A DNA stretch of 64,000 nt from Aulosira sp. ZfuVER01 (lineage in GTDB: Bacteria; Cyanobacteriota; Cyanobacteriia; Cyanobacteriales; Nostocaceae): NCBI GenBank assembly GCA_034530615.2, contig JAVRCV020000025.1:1-64000 (forward strand). The letters are read 5' to 3'. Under the pieces are notes generated by a model. The model was given only the letters and a program-made list of their open reading frames with translations. It made no database searches and had not been told where the DNA came from. Below, piece by piece: positions 38,032 through 49,401 of the stretch. Position 1 is the stretch's first letter. Each line of letters opens with the position of its first letter. The translations under genes and the position numbers were made by a program.

Positions 38032-38691
38032 ATGTTAATGCACTCCAAGAGTAAAAAACAAAGAATTTGGAGTTTGCCTAGACTGACGATAGTAGGATTA
38101 GGTCTAGCATCTTTGAATTTAGCTACAACAAGCATAATTTACTCTCTTCCAGTCGAGGCAAATCAAACTCAGCGACTAGTTAAAGCGTCTGCTGAACTAC
38201 CTGTTGTGCAATCAGCCGCTTTAGATACAAATATAGATGTACCTTGGTCAAAACCTGTAAGAATTAACGATCCTTTTGAAGGCAATTATGTGGGGATTTT
38301 TGACCGTAATTATTTCTGGCGAAACTTTGCTAATAATAATGCTAGGGTTGAAGTAATTAGCCTTTGGAGCCGAAATTCTATCCGCGTTCTTTTAGCTTAT
38401 AGCGATCGCAATTGCTCTTATGGCTCCTACTATCGTACCCTCATACGATTCCCTGATTGTTTAGTATATAATAACACACTCAAGATTAGTAACCTTTATA
38501 TCAAACTAGGCGAACAGGTTTTCCGTTTAGAAGGAAACAACAATACATTTACAGTCAGTGAGGAATTAGCAACGGCTCTCAAAAACTCACCTGCTAAAAA
38601 TGTCAGTATTAGACTTTTGTCAGAAAGTGGAGAGGCGGTGGATAGCGAAATAGGTAAACGCACTGTAGAAGGTTGGAAAGCTGTTTACTAA
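38032..38691 (+). CDS. Hypothetical exported protein
   Basis: Signal-like N-terminus; intact 219-aa ORF. Confidence 0.7.
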   Translation: MLMHSKSKKQRIWSLPRLTIVGLGLASLNLATTSIIYSLPVEANQTQRLVKASAELPVVQSAALDTNIDVPWSKPVRINDPFEGNYVGIFDRNYFWRNFANNNARVEVISLWSRNSIRVLLAYSDRNCSYGSYYRTLIRFPDCLVYNNTLKISNLYIKLGEQVFRLEGNNNTFTVSEELATALKNSPAKNVSIRLLSESGEAVDSEIGKRTVEGWKAVY

Positions 38692-38825
38692 AAGTAAATA
38701 AGTCCTATTGAGAAAGTTACAGCTTATAATCTGAGAAATTAAGCTTTTGTAAGCAGAAATTTGCGGTAAAATGTTAATTTGTATCCAAATTTATTGTTGA
38801 CCTTAGGGCATCTAAGATACTGTCC

Positions 38826-40127
38826 ATGCAGCTACTTCAAACAACCGACAAAGATTTTTCTGCACAATTCAAAGCACTGGTGAACGATCGCCGGGAAGCA
38901 ACTGTTGATGTTAGCGGGACAGTACGAGAGATTTTGGCTGATGTCAAAGCGCGTGGTGATGCCGCAGTTTTTGAGTATACCAGCCGCTTTGATCGTTATA
39001 ATTCTCAGTCTTTGCGTCTGAGCGATACATTTATTGCAGAACAAGCAGCCCAATGTTCGGCTGATGTGAAAGCAGCCTTAGAACTGGCGGCGGAAAGAAT
39101 TGCGGCATTCCATAAAAAACAACTGCCTCAAGATGTCGGCTATACCGATACAGTTGGGGTGAAGCTGGGATTAAATTGGGTAGCACTAACGCAAGTGGGA
39201 ATTTATGTTCCTGGGGGACGCGCTAGTTATCCGAGTTCAGTATTGATGAATGCCCTGCCAGCGAAAATTGCTGGGGTAGATCGGATTGTGATGACAGTAC
39301 CGATGCCTCGCGGTGAGATTAATCCAGCCGTACTGGCAGCAGCTAAAATTGCAGGAGTAACGGAAATATACGGTATTGGTGGGGCACAAGCGATCGCAGC
39401 CTTAGCTTATGGCACAGAAACTATTGCCCCTGTTGATAAAATTGTCGGGCCTGGTAATGCCTATGTTGCCGAAGCTAAACGTCAAGTATTTGGCACAGTG
39501 GGAATTGACAGTATTGCTGGTCCCTCGGAAATTCTTGTTGTTGCAGATGACAAAAATAATCCAGATTGGATTGCTTGGGATTTATTATCGCAAGCAGAAC
39601 ACGATCCTAGCGCCCAATCTATTTTAATTACTGATTCCGAAACATTTGCCCAAAAAGCGATCGCGGCAGTTGAACAAATTTTGACAACCCTAGCTACCAA
39701 GGAGGTGGCTACCGCCAGTTGGCAAAAACACGGAGCAGTCATTATTGTCAATGATTTAGCAGAAAGTATTCCCTTACTGAATCAGCTAGCACCAGAACAC
39801 GTGGAATTGTGTGTAGACAACCCGCAATTACTTGCCAACCAAATCAAATGTGCTGGTAGTTTGTTTTTAGGACGCTATACACCAGAAGCCATTGGTGATT
39901 ATTTAGGCGGGCCAAACCATGTATTACCAACCTCGCGTTCCGCCCGTTTTGCCTCTGGCTTGAGTGTCTACGACTTTCTCAAACGCATTACCTATTTGGA
40001 ATGCAACCAACAAGCATTGCAGACAATCGGCAAAGCAGCAGTAACACTTGCACAAGCAGAAGGTTTACCAGCCCACGGTGGTAGTGTAGCTATACGGCTA
40101 GCGGGAGAATACGGACAAGGGGGATAA
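38826..40127 (+). CDS. hisD: Histidinol dehydrogenase
   Basis: GIYVPGG, GPGNAYV, AGPSEI, LSQAEHD, APEH, GDY.GGPNHVLPT. Confidence 0.96.
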   Translation: MQLLQTTDKDFSAQFKALVNDRREATVDVSGTVREILADVKARGDAAVFEYTSRFDRYNSQSLRLSDTFIAEQAAQCSADVKAALELAAERIAAFHKKQLPQDVGYTDTVGVKLGLNWVALTQVGIYVPGGRASYPSSVLMNALPAKIAGVDRIVMTVPMPRGEINPAVLAAAKIAGVTEIYGIGGAQAIAALAYGTETIAPVDKIVGPGNAYVAEAKRQVFGTVGIDSIAGPSEILVVADDKNNPDWIAWDLLSQAEHDPSAQSILITDSETFAQKAIAAVEQILTTLATKEVATASWQKHGAVIIVNDLAESIPLLNQLAPEHVELCVDNPQLLANQIKCAGSLFLGRYTPEAIGDYLGGPNHVLPTSRSARFASGLSVYDFLKRITYLECNQQALQTIGKAAVTLAQAEGLPAHGGSVAIRLAGEYGQGG

Positions 40128-40171
40128 ATAACTAATGACAAATACCCAATGCCCCATACCCCATACCAAAT

Positions 40172-40204
40172 AAAAAAACCGGGTCACAAAAGTCTTACCC
40201 GGTT
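40172..40204 (-). terminator. Terminator between hisD and fbaA
   Basis: AACCGGGT...ACCCGGTT stem preceded by an A-run on the plus strand. Confidence 0.65.
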
Positions 40205-40277
40205 AATGTCTCTTAAAATCACAATTTCCAGCTTGATCGGAGCATAGCAGTATGCTCCTAATTATTGTTTAACCAAA

Positions 40278-41357
40278 TTAGACTTTAGCAGCTGCCTTAG
40301 TGATCATTTTGAGTTCGCCTTTTGCGTACTTAGCAGCAAAATCTTCCAAAGAAACTTGCTTAATCTTGCTAGCGTTACCAGCGGTACCAAATTGCTGATA
40401 GCGTTCTGCACAAACCTTTTGCATATAAGCAATAGAAGGCTTGAGGAAGTGGCGGGGGTCAAATTCTTTGGGATTTTTGCTTAAAGCTTCACGTACCGCA
40501 GCAGTAATTGCCAGACGGTTGTCGGTGTCAATGTTTACCTTACGAACACCGCTCTTGATACCTTTTTGAATTTCTTCTACAGGTACACCGTAGGTTTCAG
40601 GAATTGCACCACCATACTCGTTAATCAGAGCAATTAAATCTTCAGGTACGGAGGAAGAACCGTGCATTACCAAGTGGGTGTTGGGCAAACGACGGTGAAT
40701 TTCTTCAATCCGGCTGATTGCCAAAATTTCGCCAGTTGGCTTGCGGGTAAACTTGTAAGCACCGTGGCTTGTACCAATAGCAACAGCCAAAGCATCTACT
40801 TGAGTTTGTTCTACGAAGCTAACAGCTTCATCGGGGTCAGTTAGCAATTGAGAGTGGTCGAGTGTACCCTCGAAACCATGACCATCTTCAGCTTCACCCG
40901 CACCAGTTTCTAGAGAACCTAAGCAACCGAGTTCGCCTTCAACGCTGACGCCCAGAGAGTGAGCTACATTCACTACTTCGCTGGTAACACGGACGTTGTA
41001 CTCGAAGCTGGCGGGGGTCTTAGCATCTGCTTCCAGCGAACCATCCATCATGACGCTGGTGAAGTTGTTCTTAATTGCTGAGTAGCAGGTAGAAGGAGCA
41101 TTACCATGATCTTGGTGCATGACAATGGGAATGTGAGGATAGGTTTCTACCGCTGCCAAAATTAGATGGCGGAGGAAGTTTTCTCCTGCATAGTTACGAG
41201 CGCCACGAGAAGCTTGCAAAATTACGGGGCTATCTGTCTCAGCAGCAGCCTTCAGGATCGCCTGAATTTGTTCCAAGTTGTTAACGTTGAAAGCTGGGAT
41301 GCCGTAACCGTTTTCAGCCGCGTGATCCAACAACAGCCTTAATGGTACAAGCGCCAT
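40278..41357 (-). CDS. fbaA: Class II fructose-bisphosphate aldolase
   Basis: [34 protein letters not shown]. Confidence 0.97.
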   Translation of the reverse strand: MALVPLRLLLDHAAENGYGIPAFNVNNLEQIQAILKAAAETDSPVILQASRGARNYAGENFLRHLILAAVETYPHIPIVMHQDHGNAPSTCYSAIKNNFTSVMMDGSLEADAKTPASFEYNVRVTSEVVNVAHSLGVSVEGELGCLGSLETGAGEAEDGHGFEGTLDHSQLLTDPDEAVSFVEQTQVDALAVAIGTSHGAYKFTRKPTGEILAISRIEEIHRRLPNTHLVMHGSSSVPEDLIALINEYGGAIPETYGVPVEEIQKGIKSGVRKVNIDTDNRLAITAAVREALSKNPKEFDPRHFLKPSIAYMQKVCAERYQQFGTAGNASKIKQVSLEDFAAKYAKGELKMITKAAAKV

Positions 41358-41765
41358 AGATAGTCCTCCTAATGTGGTTGTCAGCTAGTCGGTGTGAGAG
41401 AAGCGTAATTATTTACCATTAATGTAATTGTTACGCTAATCTTAAGAGTTTTTTCAACATATAGGAAATTATAACTAGTGATGTGTGTTTATGTTGAAAA
41501 ACTTTACGCTACAGCTCATATAATGTGCCTTATATTCACAATAACTTACTGTACAGTCAGCTACCCCACAGTTTGATGCTTTGGTAGCCCTTTATCCTGG
41601 GATGTTAGATTATGCCTAAGCACTTTTGACTCTTCAACCCAATCAACCAGTGCTTTCTTTCTCATTCAAGGCGCTAGTTTTTGAACAAATGTTTTGGGTT
41701 GAGGAGATTGCAAGCCTGTTTGTCAAACAGTTCTCAAGCATTAGCAAGCATTTTTTCCTTTTGTA

Positions 41766-41837
41766 TGGGTCGCCCGGGATTCGAACCCGGAACTAATCGG
41801 TTAAAAGCCGAGTACTCTACCGTTGAGTTAGCGACCC
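41766..41837 (-). tRNA. trnK: tRNA-Lys(UUU)
   Basis: Reverse complement GGGTCGCTAACTCAACGGTAGAGTACTCGGCTTTTAACCGATTAGTTCCGGGTTCGAATCCCGGGCGACCCA folds as a cloverleaf, anticodon TTT. Confidence 0.96.
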
Positions 41838-41899
41838 GTTTATTTGTTTTTCGCAACTTTGCAATTATAGCATTAACATCTGTAGTTTTGTAAAGGGGT

Positions 41900-42769
41900 T
41901 TAGAAAAAATTGGCTGTTAACCTTACAGATGCTTGGTAACTAGTACCTGGGTCTAATACAGTCAGATGTTCGCCAGTGTTTATGGAATTGCGGGGCGCAC
42001 TCCAAGGCTCTAGACAATAGAATTCTTTACCCTTGAGTGTCCAAAACACCAATATGGGGTATTCCTTGCCGTAATCCAAAATCAACCTTAACTTTCTGTT
42101 GTTGTCTACTACAGAAGCTGATTGACTTGTTAGCTGCTTAAAGGCAACGTCGATTTCATCCAGACCAAAATCAAAATTACCATGAAATGGAGAAATTTCC
42201 TTGGTTCTCTGGTCTTGATATTCAGCAGCAGGGATGGCAAATTCTAGTTGGTTTTTATCAGCAGTCAGAAAGTAAGGATGGAACCCCATAGAAAAAGGCA
42301 ATGGTGTTGATGACAGATTCTGATACTGCTGCCGAATTTCTAGGGTGTTGCCTTGCAGTTCGTAGGTAAAAGCCAGTTGAAAATCAAAAGGATAAACTGC
42401 TTGTGTCTGCTCGTTGCTGTTGAGAACTAAAGTTAGGCTAGCCTTATCGCTGGTTACTTGGTCAGTTACTTGCCAAGGTAAGTCACGGGCAAAGCCATGT
42501 TGTTTGAGAGTATAGGTTTGACCGTTGTGCGTGTAAGTGTTGTCTGGCAAATTCCCACAAATCGGAAACAAAATCGGAATTCCACCCCTAACACTCAACT
42601 CAGGATGAGCAAAGCGTTCCGCATCTAGATATAGAATTTCTTGACCTTGGATGCGCCAACGGGTGATGATACCGCCGCGTTCTGGAACCACTTCTACTTG
42701 GGAACCAGCAGCTTCATCAGAAAGGATGTAGGTTTTGTATTGTTGCTGTTGAATTGCAATGGAAAACAC
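41900..42769 (-). CDS. Aldose 1-epimerase family protein
   Basis: RGGIPILFP, QHGFAR, GFHPYF, FYCLEPW. Confidence 0.9.
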   Translation of the reverse strand: MFSIAIQQQQYKTYILSDEAAGSQVEVVPERGGIITRWRIQGQEILYLDAERFAHPELSVRGGIPILFPICGNLPDNTYTHNGQTYTLKQHGFARDLPWQVTDQVTSDKASLTLVLNSNEQTQAVYPFDFQLAFTYELQGNTLEIRQQYQNLSSTPLPFSMGFHPYFLTADKNQLEFAIPAAEYQDQRTKEISPFHGNFDFGLDEIDVAFKQLTSQSASVVDNNRKLRLILDYGKEYPILVFWTLKGKEFYCLEPWSAPRNSINTGEHLTVLDPGTSYQASVRLTANFF

Positions 42770-42855
42770 AAATTTAGTCCTCAGATGGGAGGGAGTTGTG
42801 AGTGCTGAGTATTTTTATTCCGACTCAGCACTCATAGCTAGGAACTCAGCGCTAT

Positions 42856-43893
42856 TTACTCGTCTTCTGCAAACACGAAGCGATATAACTCACTGGGGTC
42901 TGGTTCAGGGCTGCTTTCAGCGAATTTAACCGCGTCGTCAATAACTTCCTGAATCTTGCGATCGATACCTTTGAGTTCTTCTTGATCTGCTAAATTATGC
43001 TCAACTAAATAAGCTGCCAACTTCTTAATTGGGTCACGGGCAAACCAAAATTCTTTCTCAGCCTTGCTGCGCAGTTCATCTGGATCTGCTAGGGAGTGAC
43101 CGCGGAAACGGTAGGTAAGTGCTTCAATTACTGTCGGGCCTTCTCCTGCACGGGCGCGGGCGACGGCTTCTTGGGCGACTGCACGCACTGCCAAAACATC
43201 CATACCATCTACTTCCACACCCGCCATGTTAAACACACTGGCTTTTTTGTAGATTTCTGGGTCGGAAGTTGCGCGATCGTGAGCCATCCCAATTGCCCAC
43301 TTATTATTTTCTACCACAAAAAGAATTGGCAGTTTCCATAAGGCTGCCATATTCAAAGTCTCGAAAAACTGACCGTTATTGGCAGCACCATCGCCAAAAA
43401 AGCAAGCGGTTACTTGGTCAGCATTTTTGTCTCCCAAGACCTCGCGGCGGTATTTGCTTTGAAAAGCTGCACCAGCTGCTACAGGAATACCCTCAGCCAC
43501 AAAAGCATAGCCACCTAGTAAGCGATGTTCCGCAGAAAACATATGCATGGAACCACCGCGGCCTTTGCTGCAACCTGTGGCTTTGCCAAATAACTCCGCC
43601 ATGACTTCTCTGGCTGGGACTCCCGCACTCAAAGCGTGAACGTGGTCGCGATAGGTACTAGAAACAAAATCTTCTCCTGGTCGCATCGCCCCTTGAATGA
43701 CGCCAGTAGAAACGGCTTCTTGACCGTTGTACAAATGGACAAAACCAAACATTTTGCCCCTGTAGTACATTTCGGCGCATTTGTCTTCAAAAAAGCGCCC
43801 GAGAATCATGTCTTCATACAACCGCAAGCCTTCTTCTTTGGTGATCTGGACGTTAGCGGTATTAAAGGTGGGTAATGTACGTTCTTGAACCAT
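42856..43893 (-). CDS. pdhA: Pyruvate dehydrogenase E1 alpha subunit
   Basis: [22 protein letters not shown]...NN TPP motif, YRFRGHS. Confidence 0.97.
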   Translation of the reverse strand: MVQERTLPTFNTANVQITKEEGLRLYEDMILGRFFEDKCAEMYYRGKMFGFVHLYNGQEAVSTGVIQGAMRPGEDFVSSTYRDHVHALSAGVPAREVMAELFGKATGCSKGRGGSMHMFSAEHRLLGGYAFVAEGIPVAAGAAFQSKYRREVLGDKNADQVTACFFGDGAANNGQFFETLNMAALWKLPILFVVENNKWAIGMAHDRATSDPEIYKKASVFNMAGVEVDGMDVLAVRAVAQEAVARARAGEGPTVIEALTYRFRGHSLADPDELRSKAEKEFWFARDPIKKLAAYLVEHNLADQEELKGIDRKIQEVIDDAVKFAESSPEPDPSELYRFVFAEDE

Positions 43894-45079
43894 TATTTGT
43901 TTAGTATCCCTGTCGCATCAAACTGAAATTTACCATTTTCAAGAACTTGCTCTCACACAGCATTAGCTATTTAACAAGCTAGTGTTTGCCGGAGTCAACG
44001 ATCGAGACTGATGTACCAAAATGAACATTAGGGAATGGGTGAATTTTTAACTTTTAATTTTCGATTATCAATTTTTTCGCCCACCTTTTGTGAGGATAAT
44101 ACTCTCAAGGCTAAACCCGCCCTGTGAGTCAACTCCACACCCTTTCATAGGCTACCAATCAGGATAGCTTGGTTTCTGCATATCAATTAACAATTTGGCA
44201 AAAATCAAGCCGAAATTTCCTCATTGAGTTAAATGCTGAGGTAGATAATTGTAATTTAAGTCTAAGAATGATATGATTTCCTTCTCTAGTTATCAACAGG
44301 AAATCTACCTAGCGGTGATTATCCCACCGGATGCAGGGGCATTAATTTAGAAATTCTTAAAAATCCATCCTTTAACCTCGTGGATATGAAATAAGACACT
44401 TTTCACCAGTGAGGAAAGGTTCGCTATGCAGTAGCTCTGTTTTAGGGACTGTGTCGTATCTGGTAAAATCAACACACACGTGTTGACATATTTGGAGTTG
44501 TAAATGTTGTTCGATGTGTTTAGGATAGGTACACCCAAAATGTATCTCCAACGCTAAGACAGCAATACTCAAATTTTTGTCAATAAATCAAACACATAAA
44601 ATCGCCAAATTTGGTCTCAATGGTGTAAACCAGACAGATTCAGGGTAGTTAGCATAGCTTTAGCAACCAAAGCTATGCTAACTACTAGACGACAGGCTTT
44701 ACCAACGGGTGGAAGACACCCAGATAGTTTTATTTGCGAAGTATCCCGTCATCATAATAAATGCATGGGAGAGTCCAAGTATTGCTAAAAGTACAAAACT
44801 GATATAGCTTAGAAAACCAAAATTCTATTTTATGGTCTCAAAAGCTGATAGCGGGTCGAAAAAATCAAAATACTAAGAATTAAAACAAAAAGCTGACGCT
44901 TTCTAGGCGAAGGCAAAATATAGGTACTAGAATATGACTCAAATTTCGGGAAAACACAAAACAAGTTGTTGCAATATACACTTGTGGTGTAAAGTCAACA
45001 CGGTATTATTATGGCACGGTTTTACATGCCTGGAATGCTCTAGGTGAATTATGTTGTCACGGTGCAGGGGAAGTAGGCT

Positions 45080-47398
45080 GTGCGAATTCCGCTAGATTAC
45101 TACCGAATTTTAGGACTACCGTTAGCGGCAAGTCAGGAACAATTGCGGCAGGCATACAGCGATCGCATTGTACAATTGCCGCGACGTGAGTATTCTCAAG
45201 CAGCAATTTCTTCGCGCAAACAACTTATAGAAGAAGCTTACGTGGTTTTATCAGATCCGAAAGAACGTAGCAGTTACGATCAGCTGTATCTTGCCCATGC
45301 CTATGACCCTGATGGTACTGCCTCTACGACAGTAGCAGTTGAAAATCGCCCAGGAAACAACAATGGCGCGATAGACACACAGAGTCTGAGCATTGAAATT
45401 TCCCAAGAGGAACTAGTTGGTGCTTTACTGATTCTGCAAGACTTGGGTGAGTATGAAATCGTACTGAAATTAGGTCGCCCCTACTTAGTCCATAAAAACA
45501 ATGCAGCAAATGCTACAACAGGCAATCATCTAGAAAGCGAAGAAGCCCTAGAAGACCGCCCAGATATTGTTCTGACCATCGCTCTAGCTTGCCTAGAACT
45601 GGGTCGGGAGCAATGGCAACAAGGTCATTACGAAAATGCTGCCAATTCTCTAGAAACTGGTCTAGAAGTTTTATCTCGCGAAGGGCTATTTCCGATTGTG
45701 CAGGCTGAAATTCAGGCGGATCTTTATAAATTGCGACCATATCGGATTCTGGAATTACTAGCCTTACCAGAAGCCAAAACTGCGGAACGTCGTCAAGGCT
45801 TGGAATTATTGCAGAATATCTTAGAGGCTCGTGGTGGAATTGATGGCACTGGCAATGATGAATCTGGTCTCAACATAGATGACTTTCTGCGATTTACCCA
45901 GCAGTTGCGCTACCACTTAACTGTGGCAGAACAGCACAAGTTATTTGAAGCAGAAAGCAAGCGTCCTTCCGCTGTCGCTACTTACTTAGCCGTCTATGCC
46001 TTGATAGCACGGGGATTTGTCCAACGTCAACCAGCTTTGATCCGTCAGGCCAAGCAAATGCTCATGCGTTTGGGCAAGCGCCAAGATGTACATTTAGAAC
46101 AATCGCTATGTGCGCTTTTATTAGGTCAAACCGAAGAAGCCACCCGTGTTTTAGAACTTAGTCAAGAATATGAAGCCCTAGCTTTTATTCGCGAAAAATC
46201 ACAAGACTCTCCAGACTTGTTACCCGGACTTTGTCTATATGGCGAACAGTGGTTACAACATGAAGTGTTTCCTCACTTTCGAGATTTGACAAAGCAGCAA
46301 GCTTCTCTAAAAAGTTACTTTGCTGAACCACAGGTACAAGCCTATTTAGAAGTCTTACCAACAGATGCAGAACCAACTAATGAATGGTCTGTAATTAACC
46401 GCCAGCCTTTCTCTAGTCCACAAACGAACAATACTTCCCACCGCAATAATTCCAATGGAGTTTCGCGACAATTCCATCACAACAGAACACCTGACCCAGA
46501 TTTACCAGAAACTCCAACCAGAGAAAGACAGCAAAATTCCAACTTCTCCCCGTCCAGATGGAACAAAGCATCAACTGGAGGTAAAGCACCAGAAACGCCA
46601 ACAACACCGTTTCCCGCTGCTGAACGCATAGCCAGAGAACCTCAGCACAGCATGAATGGTTCAGCTAAGGTTTCCGCATCTGCTCAAACACAACAGCGCC
46701 GGCGAAAGCCTAGTCAAGCTGCTAGCCGAGAACGTGCATTAGATAATCGACATCGTTCTCCTCAAAGACGCCGCACTTTTGCCAGTTCTTTAGAAGGAAA
46801 AACACGTCTAGTGTGGACTGTGTTTGTTTCTTTAGTTGTCATAGTAGTATTTTGGTTGATAGTCTCCACAACAGTTGGATTCGTAAAACATCTTTTTTCC
46901 CCGCCACTGCTTTTACCAGGCGAACAGTTGTCAGTAGAAATTAATCAACCACCAATACCTATTCCTGACCAAAATGCCAAACCTCAATCACCCGATGGCA
47001 CTTTAACAACTGCGACAGCAGAGGATATCATTCGGAGTTGGTTATCTACCAAAGCTACGGCTTTAGGACCGAATCATGATGTTGATAGTTTGCAACAAAT
47101 TTTAACTGCTTCATCTTTATCTCAATGGCGGTTAATTGCCCAGCAAGATAAGGCCGACAACCGCTATCGAAAGTACGAGCATCAGCTGAAAGTGGAATCT
47201 GTAGAGAAAACTGATTTAGACTCAAATCGTGCATCTGTAGAAGCTACTGTGAAGGAAGTAACACAGTTCTATAAAAACGATCAAATTCAGAAGTCTTCTG
47301 ACGAAACTCTGCGAGTTCGGTATAATTTGATTCTGCAAGATGGTGTGTGGCGTATTCAGACTATGTCAGTGGTCAATAAGATCAGCATGAAGTTTTAG
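45080..47398 (+). CDS. ftn2: Cell division protein Ftn2/ZipN (ARC6 homologue)
   Basis: MRIPLDYYRILG J-like domain, LRPYRILELL, TM helix, C-terminal IMS/DUF4101 domain. Confidence 0.93.
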   Translation: MRIPLDYYRILGLPLAASQEQLRQAYSDRIVQLPRREYSQAAISSRKQLIEEAYVVLSDPKERSSYDQLYLAHAYDPDGTASTTVAVENRPGNNNGAIDTQSLSIEISQEELVGALLILQDLGEYEIVLKLGRPYLVHKNNAANATTGNHLESEEALEDRPDIVLTIALACLELGREQWQQGHYENAANSLETGLEVLSREGLFPIVQAEIQADLYKLRPYRILELLALPEAKTAERRQGLELLQNILEARGGIDGTGNDESGLNIDDFLRFTQQLRYHLTVAEQHKLFEAESKRPSAVATYLAVYALIARGFVQRQPALIRQAKQMLMRLGKRQDVHLEQSLCALLLGQTEEATRVLELSQEYEALAFIREKSQDSPDLLPGLCLYGEQWLQHEVFPHFRDLTKQQASLKSYFAEPQVQAYLEVLPTDAEPTNEWSVINRQPFSSPQTNNTSHRNNSNGVSRQFHHNRTPDPDLPETPTRERQQNSNFSPSRWNKASTGGKAPETPTTPFPAAERIAREPQHSMNGSAKVSASAQTQQRRRKPSQAASRERALDNRHRSPQRRRTFASSLEGKTRLVWTVFVSLVVIVVFWLIVSTTVGFVKHLFSPPLLLPGEQLSVEINQPPIPIPDQNAKPQSPDGTLTTATAEDIIRSWLSTKATALGPNHDVDSLQQILTASSLSQWRLIAQQDKADNRYRKYEHQLKVESVEKTDLDSNRASVEATVKEVTQFYKNDQIQKSSDETLRVRYNLILQDGVWRIQTMSVVNKISMKF

Positions 47399-48051
47399 TT
47401 GTATTTTATACTAAGTAAAGTTGTCTACTAGCCACTATTTTAGGAAATACAAACTTCATTCCACTTAAAAGCCTATAACTCTATTAACTGGGTGGTACTT
47501 CACAGTATCACCCATAAATTTTTATGGAAAGTTGGCGAGAAGCTCCATCTTCTTGTAAGTGAAGAGGAACAGCTAGCTGCCCACCGACTTGGGGAATAGG
47601 GCATTGGTTACTCTTACCCATGCCCAAAAACTGTAGATTGCAGCCTTTAACTGGCTTTCAGATATTTGTCAGGAAATCTTGATATTTGCACCCGCTCCAA
47701 CTACAGCTAAAGGTTCGATTGTCATGAAACCATTACATATTGATCCCCGAAGTACTGATAGATCCGTAAAAAAGCCGAAAGAGCGTCTTTACACCCCTTG
47801 ATCCCAACACAAAGTTACGGCTTAATATTTATTAAACAAAGACTCCTCTGATCCCAAAAAAATGCTGACTTTGGCATAACAAAGGAATTGAAAGGGAGTG
47901 ACTCTCAATTTAATAACAGTTTAAGAAACTTAAACTCTGGGCAAGACCAGGAGTCAGGAATAAGAAATTCATCTGGAGTGGATGAGATGTTAAATACCAT
48001 TCTGTAACCAGGGGAAATCATTTACCTTTCAAACTACTGGAGGCCAAATTA

Positions 48052-49296
48052 ATGGCAAAAGAACGCCCGCCGCTAGAGGAGATGACATTGCGGCAATTAC
48101 GCAAGGTTGCGAGTGAATACGGCATTTCTCGCTATAGCCGAATGCGTAAATCACAACTACTAGCATCGATTCAAGAAGTTCAGCGCAGTAAATTTTCGCT
48201 TAGTCCATCTCGTTCACTGGAGGCACAGGAAACCGTGGAAGCAGCAAAATTCGAGTTAGGTCAAGTAGATCGTAATGGTGCTTCTCTCACCGATGTTGAT
48301 GAGGAACTAGGAGATCTACCTGCTGGTTACGGTGAAAGCCGGATTGTACTTTTACCCCGCGATCCTCAATGGGCCTATACCTATTGGGATGTTCCCAACG
48401 AACATAAAGAAGAACTTCGTCGGCAAGGAGGACAACAGCTAGCGCTGCGGATTTATGATGTTACCGACATCAATCTGGATTACCAAAGCCCTCACAACCT
48501 ACAAGAATATCCTGCTGATGAATTGGCTAGAGAATGGTATCTACCAGTTCCAGTGAGCGATCGCGATTATGTAATCGATATCGGTTATCGTTCTGTTGAT
48601 GGACGCTGGCTCATCCTCGCTCGTTCTGCACGAGTCCACATTCCTCCAGTTTATCCTTCTGACTGGATTGAAGATGTATTCGTCACCGTCAACTTTGAAG
48701 AAGAATTGCGTGGTAAGACTATCTACGAATTGGTTCCCCCTGCCAAGAAGATAGCATCCACAGCTTATGCTAACGGCAACCCCATTTACGACCAAATCTT
48801 TGTTTTAGCCGAATCTGCGGAAGCACAAAGAGTTGCAGGTTCTCTGTTCGGTTCCATGCAGCACGTAGCTGGTTCCGTACCCCCAGAACAAGCTATCAGC
48901 TCCTACATTTTCCCATCTGGTGTGGGTATGTGGGCAGTACCTACTACCTCTGGTTTAACCATGTCTGGTGTAGGTATGTCAGGTGTTGGCTTCTCGGCTT
49001 CTGCTGTACCAGTACGTCCACGCAAATTCTGGTTAATTGCGGATGCTGAGTTGATTGTCTACGGTGCAACTGAGCCAGATGCTACCGTAACAATTGGTGG
49101 TCGTCCCATCAAGCTGAATCCAGATGGTACATTCCGCTTCCAGATGTCCTTCCAAGATGGTTTGATTGACTATCCAATCTTGGCTGTTGCGGCTGATGGT
49201 GAGCAAACCCGTTCGGTTCACATGAAATTTAACCGTGAGACACCATCTCGAAATACCAATACCAAAGACGAAGCCGTTTTAGAGTGGCTGTCTTAA
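48052..49296 (+). CDS. DUF4912 protein with N-terminal Rho-N-like domain
   Basis: LEEMTLRQLRKVA..YGI..YSRM.K; LLPRDPQWAYTYW; FWLIADAELIVYGATEP. Confidence 0.88.
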   Translation: MAKERPPLEEMTLRQLRKVASEYGISRYSRMRKSQLLASIQEVQRSKFSLSPSRSLEAQETVEAAKFELGQVDRNGASLTDVDEELGDLPAGYGESRIVLLPRDPQWAYTYWDVPNEHKEELRRQGGQQLALRIYDVTDINLDYQSPHNLQEYPADELAREWYLPVPVSDRDYVIDIGYRSVDGRWLILARSARVHIPPVYPSDWIEDVFVTVNFEEELRGKTIYELVPPAKKIASTAYANGNPIYDQIFVLAESAEAQRVAGSLFGSMQHVAGSVPPEQAISSYIFPSGVGMWAVPTTSGLTMSGVGMSGVGFSASAVPVRPRKFWLIADAELIVYGATEPDATVTIGGRPIKLNPDGTFRFQMSFQDGLIDYPILAVAADGEQTRSVHMKFNRETPSRNTNTKDEAVLEWLS

Positions 49297-49339
49297 TTGG
49301 GGATTCTCAATCAACTCCAGATTGAATAATAAATTTTTT

Positions 49340-49370
49340 ACCCGCTATAGTAATTCTGTAGCGGGTTTTT
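49340..49370 (+). terminator. Intrinsic terminator
   Basis: ACCCGCTATAG-TAATT-CTGTAGCGGGT followed by TTTT. Confidence 0.75.
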
Positions 49371-49401
49371 GCATTTGTAAAATCGTTAAATTTAACTAAA
49401 T

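Noticed and set aside
41766..41837. Integrative element at tRNA-Lys
   Set aside because: No integrase or duplicated tRNA end seen; the flanks are housekeeping genes.
41681..41893. 70-aa ORF
   Set aside because: Reads through the antisense strand of tRNA-Lys.
44347..44572. Two overlapping short minus-strand ORFs
   Set aside because: No RBS or recognisable motif; mutually overlapping.
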